Shown piece after piece: positions 37,301 to 50,148 of a stretch of DNA of 64,000 nt. Location of the stretch: contig OZ316896.1 of NCBI GenBank assembly GCA_973895155.1, positions 4,593,925-4,657,924 of the forward strand, given 5' to 3'. Within the stretch, counting starts at the first letter, position 1. Each line of letters opens with the position of its first letter. The notes under the pieces are model-generated. The model did not search any database. It worked only from the letters and a program-made list of their open reading frames with translations, and was not told the DNA's origin. This DNA comes from Marsupella aquatica. Taxonomy: Eukaryota; Plantae; Marchantiophyta. Made by a program: the position numbers and the translations under genes.

Positions 37301-37549
37301 TTTTGTTTATTAGTGGTGTTGAATGAAGAAAAAGGGGGAGGGGGAGCGACATCTTAGTTTTCCACATTGACATATTTTACACAATGACATATTTTCTGCA
37401 ATGCACAGGTAGTATGCTAGTATGACCATAAGTCAAATAGAAAGTTTTTCTAAGAGGAGGTTGGCCATAAGTAACACGTGCCCAAAAGTGAGAGGAATCT
37501 GGAGCAGTACCTCCGAATCTCAGTGCGGAAGACCAGTACAGTCTGCCGT

Positions 37550-38200
37550 GCATAAGTGCACCATGTATAAGGAATGGCTGGTAGAGAGTGTAGTCCCCTA
37601 AAAATACAGCACTTTCCAGTTTGTAAATGCCCCAAAAAATGCACCATCTGTAAGTGCAGATCAACATCACTAAATGACAATTACATCAGTGCATTTTGCT
37701 TATAAGAGTGCACATGCATTTATCAGTGCAGTGGATAAACTACCTACACAAATTTCATGCACTTATTCAGTTGACTTGTGCAATATGAGAGTTCCCCATA
37801 ATATGAATATGAAGAGTCCAATGTTGTATGACCTGACAACACTACAAGGAAGTGCATAAGTGATTTCACATGCATTTATTGGATAGTGCAAAATGCACAT
37901 ATGGAGAAGTGCATAAATGACATACTATGCACTTATGCCATAAGTGCATAAAGTGGTTTAACATGCACTGATAGTATATAAATTATCGGAGAAGTGCATG
38001 AATAATATGATATGCACTGATGACATAGTGCATATAGGGATAAGTGCATAGTGCATCAAGTGGATAAGTGTAGGCTGAAGTTTGTCCCGGACGTCTGGAC
38101 TTAGATCTGGACATCTGGACTTAGATCTGCAGTTAGACAATATCCTATGCACTGATGACATTGTGCACAAAGTGGCAGAGTCCATAAAGTGGATAAGTGC
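37550..38200. repeat. GTGCAT/ATGCAC motif-rich degenerate repeat (probable DNA-transposon remnant)
   Basis: Many (a)agtgcat and atgcact motifs; duplicated tatgcactgatgacat and tctggacttagatctg. No clear termini found. Confidence 0.45.
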
Positions 38201-38557
38201 AAGCCGGGGGTTTCTTCCAGGAGCCTGCGCTACTTAGACGAGGTACACACTGTACCTCCCGATCCCCACACTGCACCTCCCGATCTCACGATGCCGACGA
38301 CCAGTACCGTCCGATCTCACGAGTGCCAACGACCAGTACCGTCCGATGTCACGAGTGCCGCCGTCCTTCCACTTCGTTTCCCCGAACAACGTGCGCTTTC
38401 GTCAAATAATAATGTTCCAGGCGCAACTTCCGCCTTTCCCTCCCCGGTCCGAAGTTTCGCACGGTGCAATCGCACTGAATTACTGAAAGTCTGCGTCGGC
38501 TCTGGAGGAGTGAAGTTGGCTCCATCGAGCTACAAGAATGTTAGAATGCCATCCGCA

Positions 38558-38745
38558 CGAAGCGTGTTGGACAGAATCGCGGTACGCTGTACAACAACAG
38601 CGCTCCTGTCCCTGTTGGGCTGATCCGGTACCTTGGACTTCTAAAATGATGCGAAGCGTGTTGGACAGAATCGCGGTACGCTGTACAACAACAGCGCTCC
38701 TGTCCCTGTTGGGCTGATCCGGTACCTTGGACTTCTAAAATGATG
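38558..38745. repeat. Exact 94-bp tandem duplication, with a diverged third copy at ~38941
   Basis: cgaagcgtgttggacagaatcgcggtacgctg...ggacttctaaaatgatg at 38558-38651 and 38652-38745. Confidence 0.9.
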
Positions 38746-39275
38746 CGTCGTTTCGTTGATTGAATTTGATTCAGTCTCTGGTGTTCTGACTTGATTATTA
38801 TTGAGTCACTTCTGGTCCTGTTACGAAATGCGACTGAAGTCTGGACTCTACAGTTATCAGTATCGGGAGTTAAGTCTGGACTCTGGAGTGAATGTACTCG
38901 AAGGCCACATCAGGATACGGTAAATCCCATTCGGACGTTTGAAGCGTGGTGGACGGAGTCGTCGGTACTCTGTACAACAACAACGCTCCTGTTCCGGTTG
39001 GACTTCAGCAATTCTGTTTTCATTCTCTTGTGTTCCATTCAGAATTCGGTTTTCATTCTCCTGTGTTCCCTGTCAATTGATAGTCCGATTTCATACTCAC
39101 TATCTCTATTTGTCTGCTTGGCCCTGACAACTAGACTTGGAGTCGCGGTTGAGATCGGACCTTTGATTTGGCTGCATTCCGTCGAGTCGGGAGTGCTAAG
39201 TGGTGTCCAGTTCTGGCCGAGAGACGGTGCTACGAAATGCTTCGGTCTCGGTGCTAGACAGGGAAAGGGTTTAAG

Positions 39276-42153
39276 ATGGCGGTCACCGGCAGGAGGAGAC
39301 AATTGCTGGTTCTGGACGTCAATGGATTGCTTCTGGACACCTATTCCAGAGGAAAGCGAGGCCCCGGTCGACCATGTGATGCGAAAGTGAATGGCTTCTC
39401 CGGTACTCCATCGATCCGTTGTGCTTTTGTATCGCTGATGAATGAAATTCCCTTTATAGAATGGATGGATGGATATTTGACCCTCAGGATGACCGATTCA
39501 TCAGTGGCTTGTGAAATGCTGGTTATTTCACACTGAGTCACGATTCAATTATCGGCGAATTTGAAGAAACTAGCCCTGACTACCCGTTCTTTGAACGTGA
39601 ATAGCGAAGGGGACAATAAAATTAAAATATTTATTTATTTATTAATATTCTTTAAAAATTAATGAAATAATAATATATTATTTTCCTTATATATGTATAT
39701 CAGTATTTTTGTGTACACATCCATCTTCTATGCACATATGAATGTTGTGGTGGGGCCATAGTGTTTATATTTTTGAATATAATAATTAGAAATTATTATA
39801 AAAAATTGGCATGTACATATATCATATTCATGTCATGAGTTTCTCTTGTGCATATGATGACCATAGAGTTACGGTCTAGAGGCTTCACTCTAGACCTAGG
39901 CTCTTAATTATAGACTTCAGTTCACGCTTTTATATTAAGATTTTCGAACAGGAGTGTGCATTTGCCGCGATGGACGATGATCCCGGGCCGTTTTTCTTGG
40001 TATCACTGGGGCATATCATTGCGACGTGAGAATTAGTGGATTGATATTTGACGTTTCTCTTGACCAACGGATCAGTAGCGTGCGAGACACCAGTTTTCCC
40101 ACCGACTTATGATTCAGGAGACGGGGAATTCGAAAGAAAACTGTCTTAATGACTTTGTAGTGCTTAACCTTCGTCTGCAAAGTAATTCAAATTCTGTAAA
40201 CGTTTTTAGAAGGGGTTAGCAACAAGCTTACCGTTCCGCCGGTTGAGATTTGAACGAGTTTAAGACTGTCCAACTTTGATCTTGAGAGTACATATTTGAC
40301 AACGCAGGCTTCATGTCCATTCCTTTCCGTGATGTTGGTTTTTCGTGATGCCTCCACACTTTTGTCACGAAAATTAACTGGCAGTCCTGGACTCACCTCG
40401 AAGGTGTTGTTAGACACCTATAATCACGAATTTCAAAATACGGAACCCTCTTAAATGTCATATGAAGAGCTGGCTAATATTTTGTGATCTCGGTACCTTC
40501 TTTGATTGAGTTCTTTTCTTTTTGCTGTACAGTGTACAAGAGGCCGTTCTGTGACGAGTTTCTTCGTTTCTGCTTGGACCATTTCGTTGTTGGGGTGTGG
40601 TCTTCCGCGCAGATGTGAGTAGTTTTTTGAAGTTCCCGATTAGAATGTTCTCTCACAGTTTCAAGGGATGCTGATAGTAGACTGAGCTACAAAACTCGCG
40701 ATGTAATGCATCCTCTTATCTACTCATAGCGCCTTCAGAAATTTGCTTCAGGAGATCTAAACTGTTTGCTACACTTCTAGTTAGGAGAAGTCTGAATCCA
40801 GTTTTGATGACACCAGGTCTCGATGCTTCCAGGAAAAATGTCAACGCTTTTGTTGACTACATATCCACGGAAGTCAAGGAAAAGCTGGCATTTATATGGG
40901 TAGGTTGAGCACTTTACTGCAGGTCACCAATTGACTCTGTTTGAGTTTTTATTGGCTCTTTGGTTGTGGGTGGAACGCTCCTCACAAGAAATCTATCTGA
41001 GGCTTTCCGCACAGTAATTTATTTTTTGTAGTCATGCTTTTCGCGTGTTACCGTTCTATAGTGTCTTCCTTGGTGGTGTTCATATTAAGAAACTCCTGTT
41101 TGTAATGGCAGCATCAGAGCCATTGCACGCACACAGGTTATAGGCATCCTGACAACCGTCACAAGCCCGTTTTCCTGAAAGAGCTTTGGAAATTGTGGAA
41201 GAAAATTGAGCCCGATCTCCCGTGGGACGCAGGAGATTATGGCCCATCAAATACTTTGCTCATTGACGATTCTGCTTCCAAAGCCATGAAGAATCCTGTA
41301 TGTACCCGAATTGGGTCGCTCGCTGTTTGCACTTCTCCATTGGTCATTTGCTGATCATTGGAGACCATTTTCTTTTAGGCTACTTGTACGAGTTCCATTT
41401 TGTGAAAGTGCTAATGGAATAGTTTTGTGGTGACACATGTTCCTGGAAGTGAATTCACCAGATTTACATCACTGACGTTTTCTTTCTGCGCGCAGCCCTA
41501 CACAGGAATTTTCCCAAAGACTTACACGGCAACACACCAGCAAGATAATTTCCTAGGTATAGATTTTACATATTGGCTTTAACAAGGATTTTGGGTTGTT
41601 GGTTTGACACTGTCCGTGTCCCTAGAGTGGGCCTGGGGCGGGAAATTGGAGGATCTTCTTTCAATGCTAGATGCTGGTTTGAAGTTTTCAATCTTGAATT
41701 AGTGGTCGGGCAGGGAATGGTGGTAGAAATGAGCTTTATCGTTTGCTTTGGTGTTCGAGGACAGGTATGGAACTCCAGATCTATTTGCAAGGTCTACTGC
41801 AAATGACAGACGTCCAAGCACACGTCCAGGAGAACCCGTTTGGTGAACCCAGTATTGCCATGGGGGACCCAAAGTGGTCCACGATTTTTCTCTCAGTCAG
41901 AGTTGAACCGAGACAGGGTCCGTCCAGTGCAGGTGATCTGGTACGCACTACCCAAACTGCTGTGCTCGCTAATCCTCTCTCCCGATCGGTAGAAGCCAGT
42001 AGTCAACGTCATATTGTAAGTAAAATTGGTAAGCAGAAGTTACTAAATGCCCTTGGATTGGAGGAGGAGCTTGAGCAAAACCTGAAGGGAATAGACGGAA
42101 ACAACTTACAGAATGCATTGGGAAAGCTTCGTCTTCAAGAAGCCCCTGTCTGA
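39276..42153 (+). CDS. FCP1/NIF-homology HAD-superfamily protein
   Basis: Exons 39276-39402, 40533-40614, 40833-40899, 41112-41297, 41496-41556, 41765-42153. Motifs LLVLDVNGLL, VYKRPFCDEFLRFCLDHFVVGVWSSA, KPVFLKELWKLW, NTLLIDDS..KA..NPPYTGIFP, VQENPFGEPSI. Confidence 0.88.
39570..39940 (-). mobile_element. Non-autonomous Helitron-like element, copy 3, in intron 1 of the HAD gene
   Basis: Minus strand reads A|TCTTAATATAAAAGCG...CACGTTC-AAA-GAACGGG-tagtcagggCTAG|T: 5'-TC, 3'-CTAG, subterminal hairpin, A/T insertion site, no TSD. Confidence 0.75.
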
Positions 42154-44814
42154 GAGAGATGGACACGAGAATCACCTCTTGAATTTGAGGACTGCATTAA
42201 TGTGGTCCTTCTTTCCTCATCGTGTACCCAATTGGGCATCCCTATAGATACTCAATTTCTGACTGCGAACTTTCAGCATTGTTGAACTGGGCTGTCAAAT
42301 TGGGGTCAGAAGAGTCTAATAATTTTGAAATGGAAGTGCTAAATTTAAGTACAGGGTGCCGACGCATAATTATGATTCCCTTAAAACCACAACTGCCCAT
42401 ATGTAAAGGGGAAGTGTCCAAGACTTCTCCATTTTTCCACATTCCAATCGCTTCTTTCCTCTAAGATGCTTAATGTGCCAGTCTGCTTCATGATCTCGGG
42501 AAAAAATTGATGTTAGTAGTGAAATTTGGATTCTACAGGTAACCCAGCCTTAAAGGGGCATCTGTGTTTTAAGGTAGTAGCGAAGTTTTGCAGGTGGGAC
42601 AATATATGAAAGCTCCAAAAGATGAGTCCAAATGCCTGGCTATCTTTGCGTCTCAATACCCCCTGGTTGCCCCCATTCATGGTTATTCCCCCGTCCTACT
42701 GTCACTTGCCCTCCACATGGTGGTTGTTCACAACTAACAGTATAGAATGATGGGTTGTACTTTTATCTAAGGATGCAGTGTCTGCTCTCACTATATGTGT
42801 ACATTGCCAGTGCCACAAGGCCCAATTCTGCCTGCAGAACCCCGTGCAGAACACTACTAAATGGTTATAATGAAATTATTGCCAGTGCAGCAAGCTAGAT
42901 CCAACTTCCCTTACAGAACACTACTATATGGTTAAATGCTTTCCATAGTTTACAGTCTCAATGAAGATACAATCTACACTCTGATGCATCATTACAAATA
43001 TTATTCCTAGGTTTATTCCAATAGGTTTTATGAATACAGAACTTCCTCATCGTGAAAGAATTTTGCAAATGGTTTATTTTACTTTGAGTTTAGAGAGTTC
43101 AGGTCCTCGCTCATGGCCTGTGAATCAGCTTTGCAAAGAGCTACAGGTGAGTTTCAAGTGATAAGCCCATTAGAGTTTCAAATCACACTGATTGACCAAA
43201 CCAGAAATGTGACCAGCAAACAAGAAGTGGTTTTGATTTTGCAAATATACAGAAAATGCCTGGCTTAGATTTTCCTCAAAAACACAAATTCAAGGATGAC
43301 TCCAAGATTGAATCCCATATGGAATTTCAAATTAAAATACTTTTGCACCCAAAATGTTAAATATGTGAAAGCTACAATTTCAAAGCACTTCATGACTGAA
43401 AAAATGAAAAAAATGAGAATCCGCAAAATAACTGTTCCCACATAATTTTGTGTCAGTAAGCAAATCCATGAGTCGTCCACAACACCCCAAACACCAATCT
43501 GCTCTTGGCCCACAAAAAATGCAAAATGCAAAATAATGGAATATGGATTCAAAGGCAGCTCATAACCAACAACACACTTGATGACTCATTTGGCACATTG
43601 ATCCATCAATCGAGCCATGAATGAAAATAGTTAAACCATCTTTAGAAATCTACCCAAGGTAAAATGAGCTACCATGCAAAATTTACTATTGACCATGCAT
43701 AGTCAAACTACCCACTTGATCAGTTAACTTAACCTGAGCACAACTTGGAGCATTTTTAAGGCCATAACACAAGATGAATACAAGGTAGGATCCAAGTATC
43801 CCTTCTTTTATCCAACCTTGCTAATTTGCAACCTGCCAGACCCCACCCCATGATTTTGTGATTTAAATACTAACAAGAATCCATGGTTGGATCCCATTTC
43901 TTTCTCTATTTAAGTCCAAAATTAATCCGTGGACCCCCATGTTATTTTAGAGGTAGTTATCTAGAAACTGAAACCTAGATGGAACTCCAAATCTAAAGAA
44001 AAAAAATTCAAAAATGGACAAGTCAATGTTTGACACTTGAAACAATTGTCAAACTTACCAAGGCAACCATAATTAACATCAATCGTAAAACCAGCTGCAT
44101 TAATGTGAACTATTGTTTAATGTGTGGGTAGCTTAATTGCCCACTTCAGCAAAACGGTGCTCAACGGTTTCCTCCACAGTACCGAAGGGATGTTGGATGC
44201 ACTCAAGTTGCATCAAAAGTAATCACTTTCAATTCCTGCATGCAGATAGAGTAAGAGGGAGAGAAGTCATCGGTGTCCACATTTCAAGGGTTGTACAACA
44301 AAGATTTCTATTCATGTTAGAGGTTATGAAATCACGGGTAAAATCTATTTTTCAAATTATTTACTCAGTTCTTATTGGAATGATGACAATGCTGAGCTCA
44401 TCAGGACCGTCTCTTCAAGGTTTTTCTAATGCCATATTATACATGAGTTTTCATTATGATTTGACTCAATAATGTCAAATCAAAAATTGCTACCGGGAAA
44501 TTAATTTTATGTTTTGAATAAAATCAAAATGTAAATAAAACAGTTATTGAGAGAATTTTTACCTCAATCTTTGTGTCTTTTGATTTGCATGTCAGTTTTG
44601 TTTACATTCTTTTTTACGGCATGGCGTCCCAGTTTTTACAGCAAACTTGCCACAAACATGAATCCAGAAGTTAATTTTATCAATAAACAAGTCTCTTCCT
44701 GTGTGCAGCGTGCCATGATGATGTGGCGTGCTGTGGAGCCAAGAATTTTGCCTCCACATATGAGTCCTCACTCAGTTTCCTGAGTTGACTCCAATTTTGG
44801 TTTTTGTAACATTA

Positions 44815-45725
44815 ATTAGGGCCTTTCAATCAAAATTTTGGAATACTCCAGCCAACTTTGTAGGAGTAAATGAATTATTTTTTTCCTAGTACATTTTAAG
44901 GGGTCTAAGGCATCTAAACATTGCCTCAGGGGTCTCACTGTATGGATGCCTCCCTATCACCTACAATGTTTTTAGACCTTGGGTCCCCTAAAATGTAAGA
45001 AAAAAATTATTTTAAAACCCATATAAAGTTCCTTTGGAATATTCTTGGATATTCCAAAAATTGGATTGCAAAGACACTAATGTTCTTATAAGTCCTAATG
45101 TTCTCATATTTCTCTAGGGATCCCATGTTTTTCTCAATGGATAATGATAACTTGCTTGAAACTAGGGTTGAATAGTACCAATTCCCCAACCAATTCAATG
45201 GGATCCATGGATCCTATTTCTCAATAACTCCAAAAATTGGCATTCAAACCCAGTCTTGGGCCAGGTACACAACTCCCCTTTTGTTAAGACAAGTTTTTAA
45301 TTCCTTATAATGGGCATTATATCCAATTGATCATGATAAACATTACCAAACTGATGCAAGGAATCCTAAAATGAAACTTTAATAAGATGTTTAAAAAATG
45401 AACATCATTTGATCATACCTACCATCAGCCAGGTTGGCGACGGGGTTCAAAGTCTGCCCCTTCCTCAACCTGATCTGGGGATTCTGTGATTCCACAACCT
45501 GGAAAGCCATGGCTAGCAATGGTGGGAGACTGGATGTTAGCTCGTTCACCACAAATTGCATGCATGCTCCGGGGTCTCACTATATGGATGCCTCCCCATC
45601 ACCTGCGACGTTTTTAGGCCTCGGACCCCCTAAAATGTAAGTTTTTTTGTAACCCCTATAAAGTTGGAATATTCTTGGAATATTCCAAAATTTTGTTATA
45701 AGGACCCTAATGTCCTTATAAGTCT
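44815..45725. repeat. ~150-170-bp module in two direct copies plus one inverted copy, within a degenerate repeat region
   Basis: ggggtctcact.tatggatgcctccc.atcacct...cccctaaaatgtaag...tggaatattcttgg..tattccaaaa at ~44929 and ~45571; inverted version (ttttggaata...tacatttta.ggg) at ~44835-44925. Confidence 0.6.
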
Positions 45726-48067
45726 CACAATTTGATTAAAAAAACCCTATTGTTCTTTTCATAAAATTCTTAAGTTTTCCCTTTGAACCAATAAAATGAC
45801 CCTATATTTCGTTGCACATGATATGCCATTTTGGTGGAATTGAAACCCCCGAACATGCATGCGATCAAACAAGGGGCACATCTTGTCTAATTTCTGCTCA
45901 ATGGTGATCCCACACTATATCTGGTCCTCAAATAAACCCCCTCCTTAAGATTTTTTAGCATCAAAGTCTCTTTGTACATATCTTGGTATCAACCAAAGTG
46001 CTTAGCTAGATTAGCACCATCCATCTTGGGGAACCTGTAATCAGCCCGGGAATCAGCCAGCACAGCAGCCATGGAAGTGAATGCAGATTGCTTGCACTGA
46101 TACCAATTACCTTGCCTCGTTCGTCGACCTCCCCCAAAGATGGCATTATAGTTATCCTTAACCCGGGTCCTAAACCTTTAAGTAGCCAATAATCAAAGTG
46201 TAATCTTTACATGTCGATTATGCTTAAAATTTAAAAGCCTGATCCATGGTTACCTGAGCCTACTCCTCGTGTCTACCTTGGGTTGCTACCATTGATAGCT
46301 GGATGTGCAGGTGCCTGCAACACAAAATTTCCTTGTGATGTTAAATCTTGTTGGGAATCTTGTAGGGATGCAGGCTGAATCAGTCACGCGTGGTGGGATG
46401 AAACCTCGCCCTCCCATGGCAAACCCAGGGGCAGACCTGGCATGGAGCACTGTTCATAGAACAATGCCCTCACATGCATCACTCCAAGTTTCTGCAGGAA
46501 TACGTTCCATCTCCATATTAATACTGCAGCACACCTCGCACTGAAATCATCAGGTTCAAAAATTGTGACAGATGCAAAAACTAACTTGGTGCGATGGCTC
46601 CCTGTTCAAATTTGAAGTGAGTGTGGTGTGAATATATACAGATAGGAGCGTCATGCGGGGTGTAGTATGCATATATACAGACAGAAACGTCACGCAGGAC
46701 GTTTCAGAATCAACTTGATGCTGCGTCTAGCACGTGTACACGCAGCACTTTGTCATGGGCCATAAAAAAACTCAGTGGGCAACAATATCCAAAATCCGTC
46801 ATTTAACAGAGGCGCGGCACAAGTTTTGGGCACTAAGTCCCGGCCCTATATTTGAGAGCCCCTATTATTTCTGGTGAAATAGCCTGTGGTGGCTACACCC
46901 CTAATTAGTTAGGTATACTTTGGGGAATTGTATAGACTGGTAACTACTTAAGATATCCGGGGCTTAAAAGGTAAACAGAAACATTTGATTACAAAAGTTT
47001 TGTTACAATCACCATCAATGAGGAGCTAGACGACCAAATTTATTTTAGGTTTTTGAATTCCTGAACAACTTTTCTGTCTGTCTGATTGGTATTCATATTC
47101 CGCAATATCTAAACAGATACTTGCTATATCTTATTCCAAATGCCTTGTCTTGCTGCATGCTTTACTATATATAAGAAACGCAAACCAAAAACCTCACATA
47201 ATATATTTGCAGGTACATAGGAATTAAATTGAAACTTTTGTCCAACACTGTCTTGCCCATATAAATTCTTGCAGGATTTCTTGTCACCAGACTCTGAGCT
47301 TGGTTTCTTTTTAAATCCTGAACGTCCAATGACTCACTGTCAGTAGTTTAGAAGCATAGTTTAAACAGTTTCCTAACAAGCCAATTCTTTCCTTTTTCCA
47401 TGAGAGATGTCAAAGTTAGGAGCCCCACAAGTAGCACAGATATGCAGACCTTCGCCAAACATATGTAGGTACATACTCAATTTAGGTTCAAATCAAATCT
47501 TTGACAGGATGCCCTTACCTGTGATTCCAACTGTCTATGGAATCAGATTTTACTTTCTCTAATAATTTAAGAAATTATTCCACAACTTTAGCACTTCTAG
47601 TTTGGCACTATGGGAGAAACCATGTAATAACTAAGTTAAGCATGGCGGCATTATTTAGATCTCAAAGTTAGAAAATCATTTTTCAAACTTAAACAAGTGC
47701 CAAACTTCACTTCGACTGCCGGTCCCTTTCATACTAATTCAAACGAGTGTAATGTATGTATAAATAGTAGGTAAACCTAAAGCAACAAAACTGTGGGGTG
47801 CTATGAAGAAATGCTACTGTAGCAAGCTAGGGCTAATTTCATTTTTGTGCTGAGACATGCTGCAAGTCATCATTTATCTTTAACAATATGCATGCGGCCT
47901 CTGACTTGGGTTCTAGTTGGAGCATTCAAAAATTAATACACTAATGTACAACTACATCTACATCAACTATAGTAACTATTGCCCGTCATCTTTATAGATC
48001 CGTACTTCTCCGAATAGATTTAATTAATTTCACTGTACATAGGAAAGCAAGCTTCACTTAAAACTGG

Positions 48068-48230
48068 GCATTTACTCAGTATTGAAATTTGAGGTTTAAA
48101 AAAACCAAACTAAACTAACATTCACTCAGTTCGTATCTAAATTTGAGATTTAAAAAAAACAGCCTAACCTAACATTCACTCAGCTCGTATCGAAATTTGA
48201 GATTAAAAAAAAAAAACACTAAACTAACGT
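48068..48230. repeat. ~50-54-bp tandem repeat x3
   Basis: catt(t/c)actcag...aaatttgag.tt.aaaaaaa..ctaa.ctaa. Confidence 0.7.
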
Positions 48231-48534
48231 ATAGAGGAGCTGCGCATTCTTCAATCCGAAGGACTACATCCCATTACCTAACTCCCACAGCAAAAGACAA
48301 AATGTGCAGACCATTAAAATTTATTCTCAACGTACCTGAATAGTATAAAAGCTGAGGTCTGGAATGCTAACTCTAGCTCAGAAAATCCAAAAGACAACCT
48401 CGATTGTTCGTATAGATTGAGTGGAAACCCAATTCTTCAAATACTCTCATCATGACACTCAGGTTGTTCAATCCGTCTCTATCTTGGCTCACGTATAATC
48501 TCTATTTGATGATTCTCCACCGCATCTGTCCAAT

Positions 48535-48745
48535 TTTTTATAAAATTTATTTACTTTTAAATAAAAAATAAAAATGACCAAGCATGAGATGTGAACCCCA
48601 CGGCCAAAACTAGCGAGGAAGAGAAACACAAGTCCAACAGGACACACCAACACCAAAGGGCAGGTCACCACACCCGCAGCCGGGCAGCACAGCAAACAGG
48701 CCAGGCCTCAAGCCAAAAGAAACCGGACTTGGTCACCAATTCACC
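48535..48745 (-). mobile_element. Possible 3' end of a LINE (5'-truncated)
   Basis: Minus strand: GT/T-rich UTR-like sequence, then aataaa and a short A tail. No RT sequence seen. Confidence 0.25.
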
Positions 48746-49206
48746 TGTCCAACTTATCTCTCATGGTCCGAAGTTTCTTACTCAAACGGTGTCGGTAAGA
48801 GCTCCACTGTTTGGAGACCTACAGAAGTCAAACAAATGTCAACTCAGTACAGTCATTCCCCATTCCTGACAGTCCACCAGATATTCATTTGTCAATGTCC
48901 ACTACTCGCTAAACGGATATTCATTGGCCTTTGTCAATGTGAATTATCAGGGAGACGAGAGAGTCCGTACGTAGTATACAATTTCGAGTCTACTAGATGA
49001 TCTCATCTACTTCTCACTGAATATACGTGACTGACTTTCCAAAGTGACATGCATCTTACTGAAGAGCTACAATGCGATACCTGATCCACTGTTATTCCGA
49101 GACTCTTGGCAAACACGGTCATAGCTTCCGTCCGGGCTTTCCCTTTTAGCAGTGATGTGCAAGTGTGGTCCGGCCCAACCGTTATGTGCTGCTCACACCA
49201 TTCCCT

Positions 49207-49321
49207 GTCGTAGTTCAAGACCAAATTAAGTCACCTAGATCCTCGATCATAATCACAAATGAGCGTCATAGTTCAAGACCAAATTAAGTCACCTAGATCC
49301 TCGATCATAATCACAAATGAG
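49207..49321. repeat. 58-bp tandem duplication
   Basis: tagttcaagaccaaattaagtcacctagatcctcgatcataatcacaaatgag at 49211 and 49269. Confidence 0.85.
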
Positions 49322-50148
49322 ACGTGAACTCAACTACAAGAGTGGGAGAAAATCTAGGCTATAGCTCATAAATTTGAATCTTTCATGATCAAGTAGAATA
49401 AACATTCGTTTGACAAGGGTTTTAAGATGCGTACTGATCGACTTACTTGCATTTTTTATCTAAACAGTCAGAAAGAGGGTTTGCAAGTTTGTTTCTGTCC
49501 TCAATTGCCTTAAGGACGATTGTGGTAGTCATCTGCAGGAGTGCGCGCCAGATCGATTTGGAAAAGCACAAAAGATCGAAGTGAACTCGTCAGTATCTTA
49601 CAAACTAATATCTAAGACAAAGGCGAATGATAGCTAGCAATGAATTAATTAGCTGCAGTTTAGCTAGCTTATTGGCTTGCAAACAGAAGTCATAAAAAAT
49701 TAACAAAATAAAAAGAACTCTACATCACAGATCCCGAACGCCTTCATTAATCAGCTCAAGACCTTCCGAAAGCTCTCCAGGATGGTTTTGTCGTCTGGAA
49801 AACAGTCACCAAATTTCTTGGACCAGCAGCAATCAGTCGCGGTAGTTTCGTCCTTTAACGCACACCAGACTCTGATATGAATTGGCTTTCTTTCGTCTTT
49901 GCATCTCTGGATCGATGGAGAGAGAACATTGAATTGGTGAATTGCATATATTGGATGTCTCAGGTGGGAGTAACCAATCATATCCATTTTATTTTTTACA
50001 GACACTATGGTCATGTGAGTATAGTTGTCACCAGGATATCATTAAGTTAAAATGAAAACTCTATGTAAAAAATGTAATGTACGGCAAAGAAATATTTTTC
50101 ACTTAAAACGAACTTAAAAGCACTTCATGAACATCACTGGTCTATAAG

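Noticed and set aside
38189-39390. 144-aa and 199-aa ORFs upstream of the HAD gene
   Set aside because: No domain motifs; they overlap duplicated leader or promoter-like sequence.
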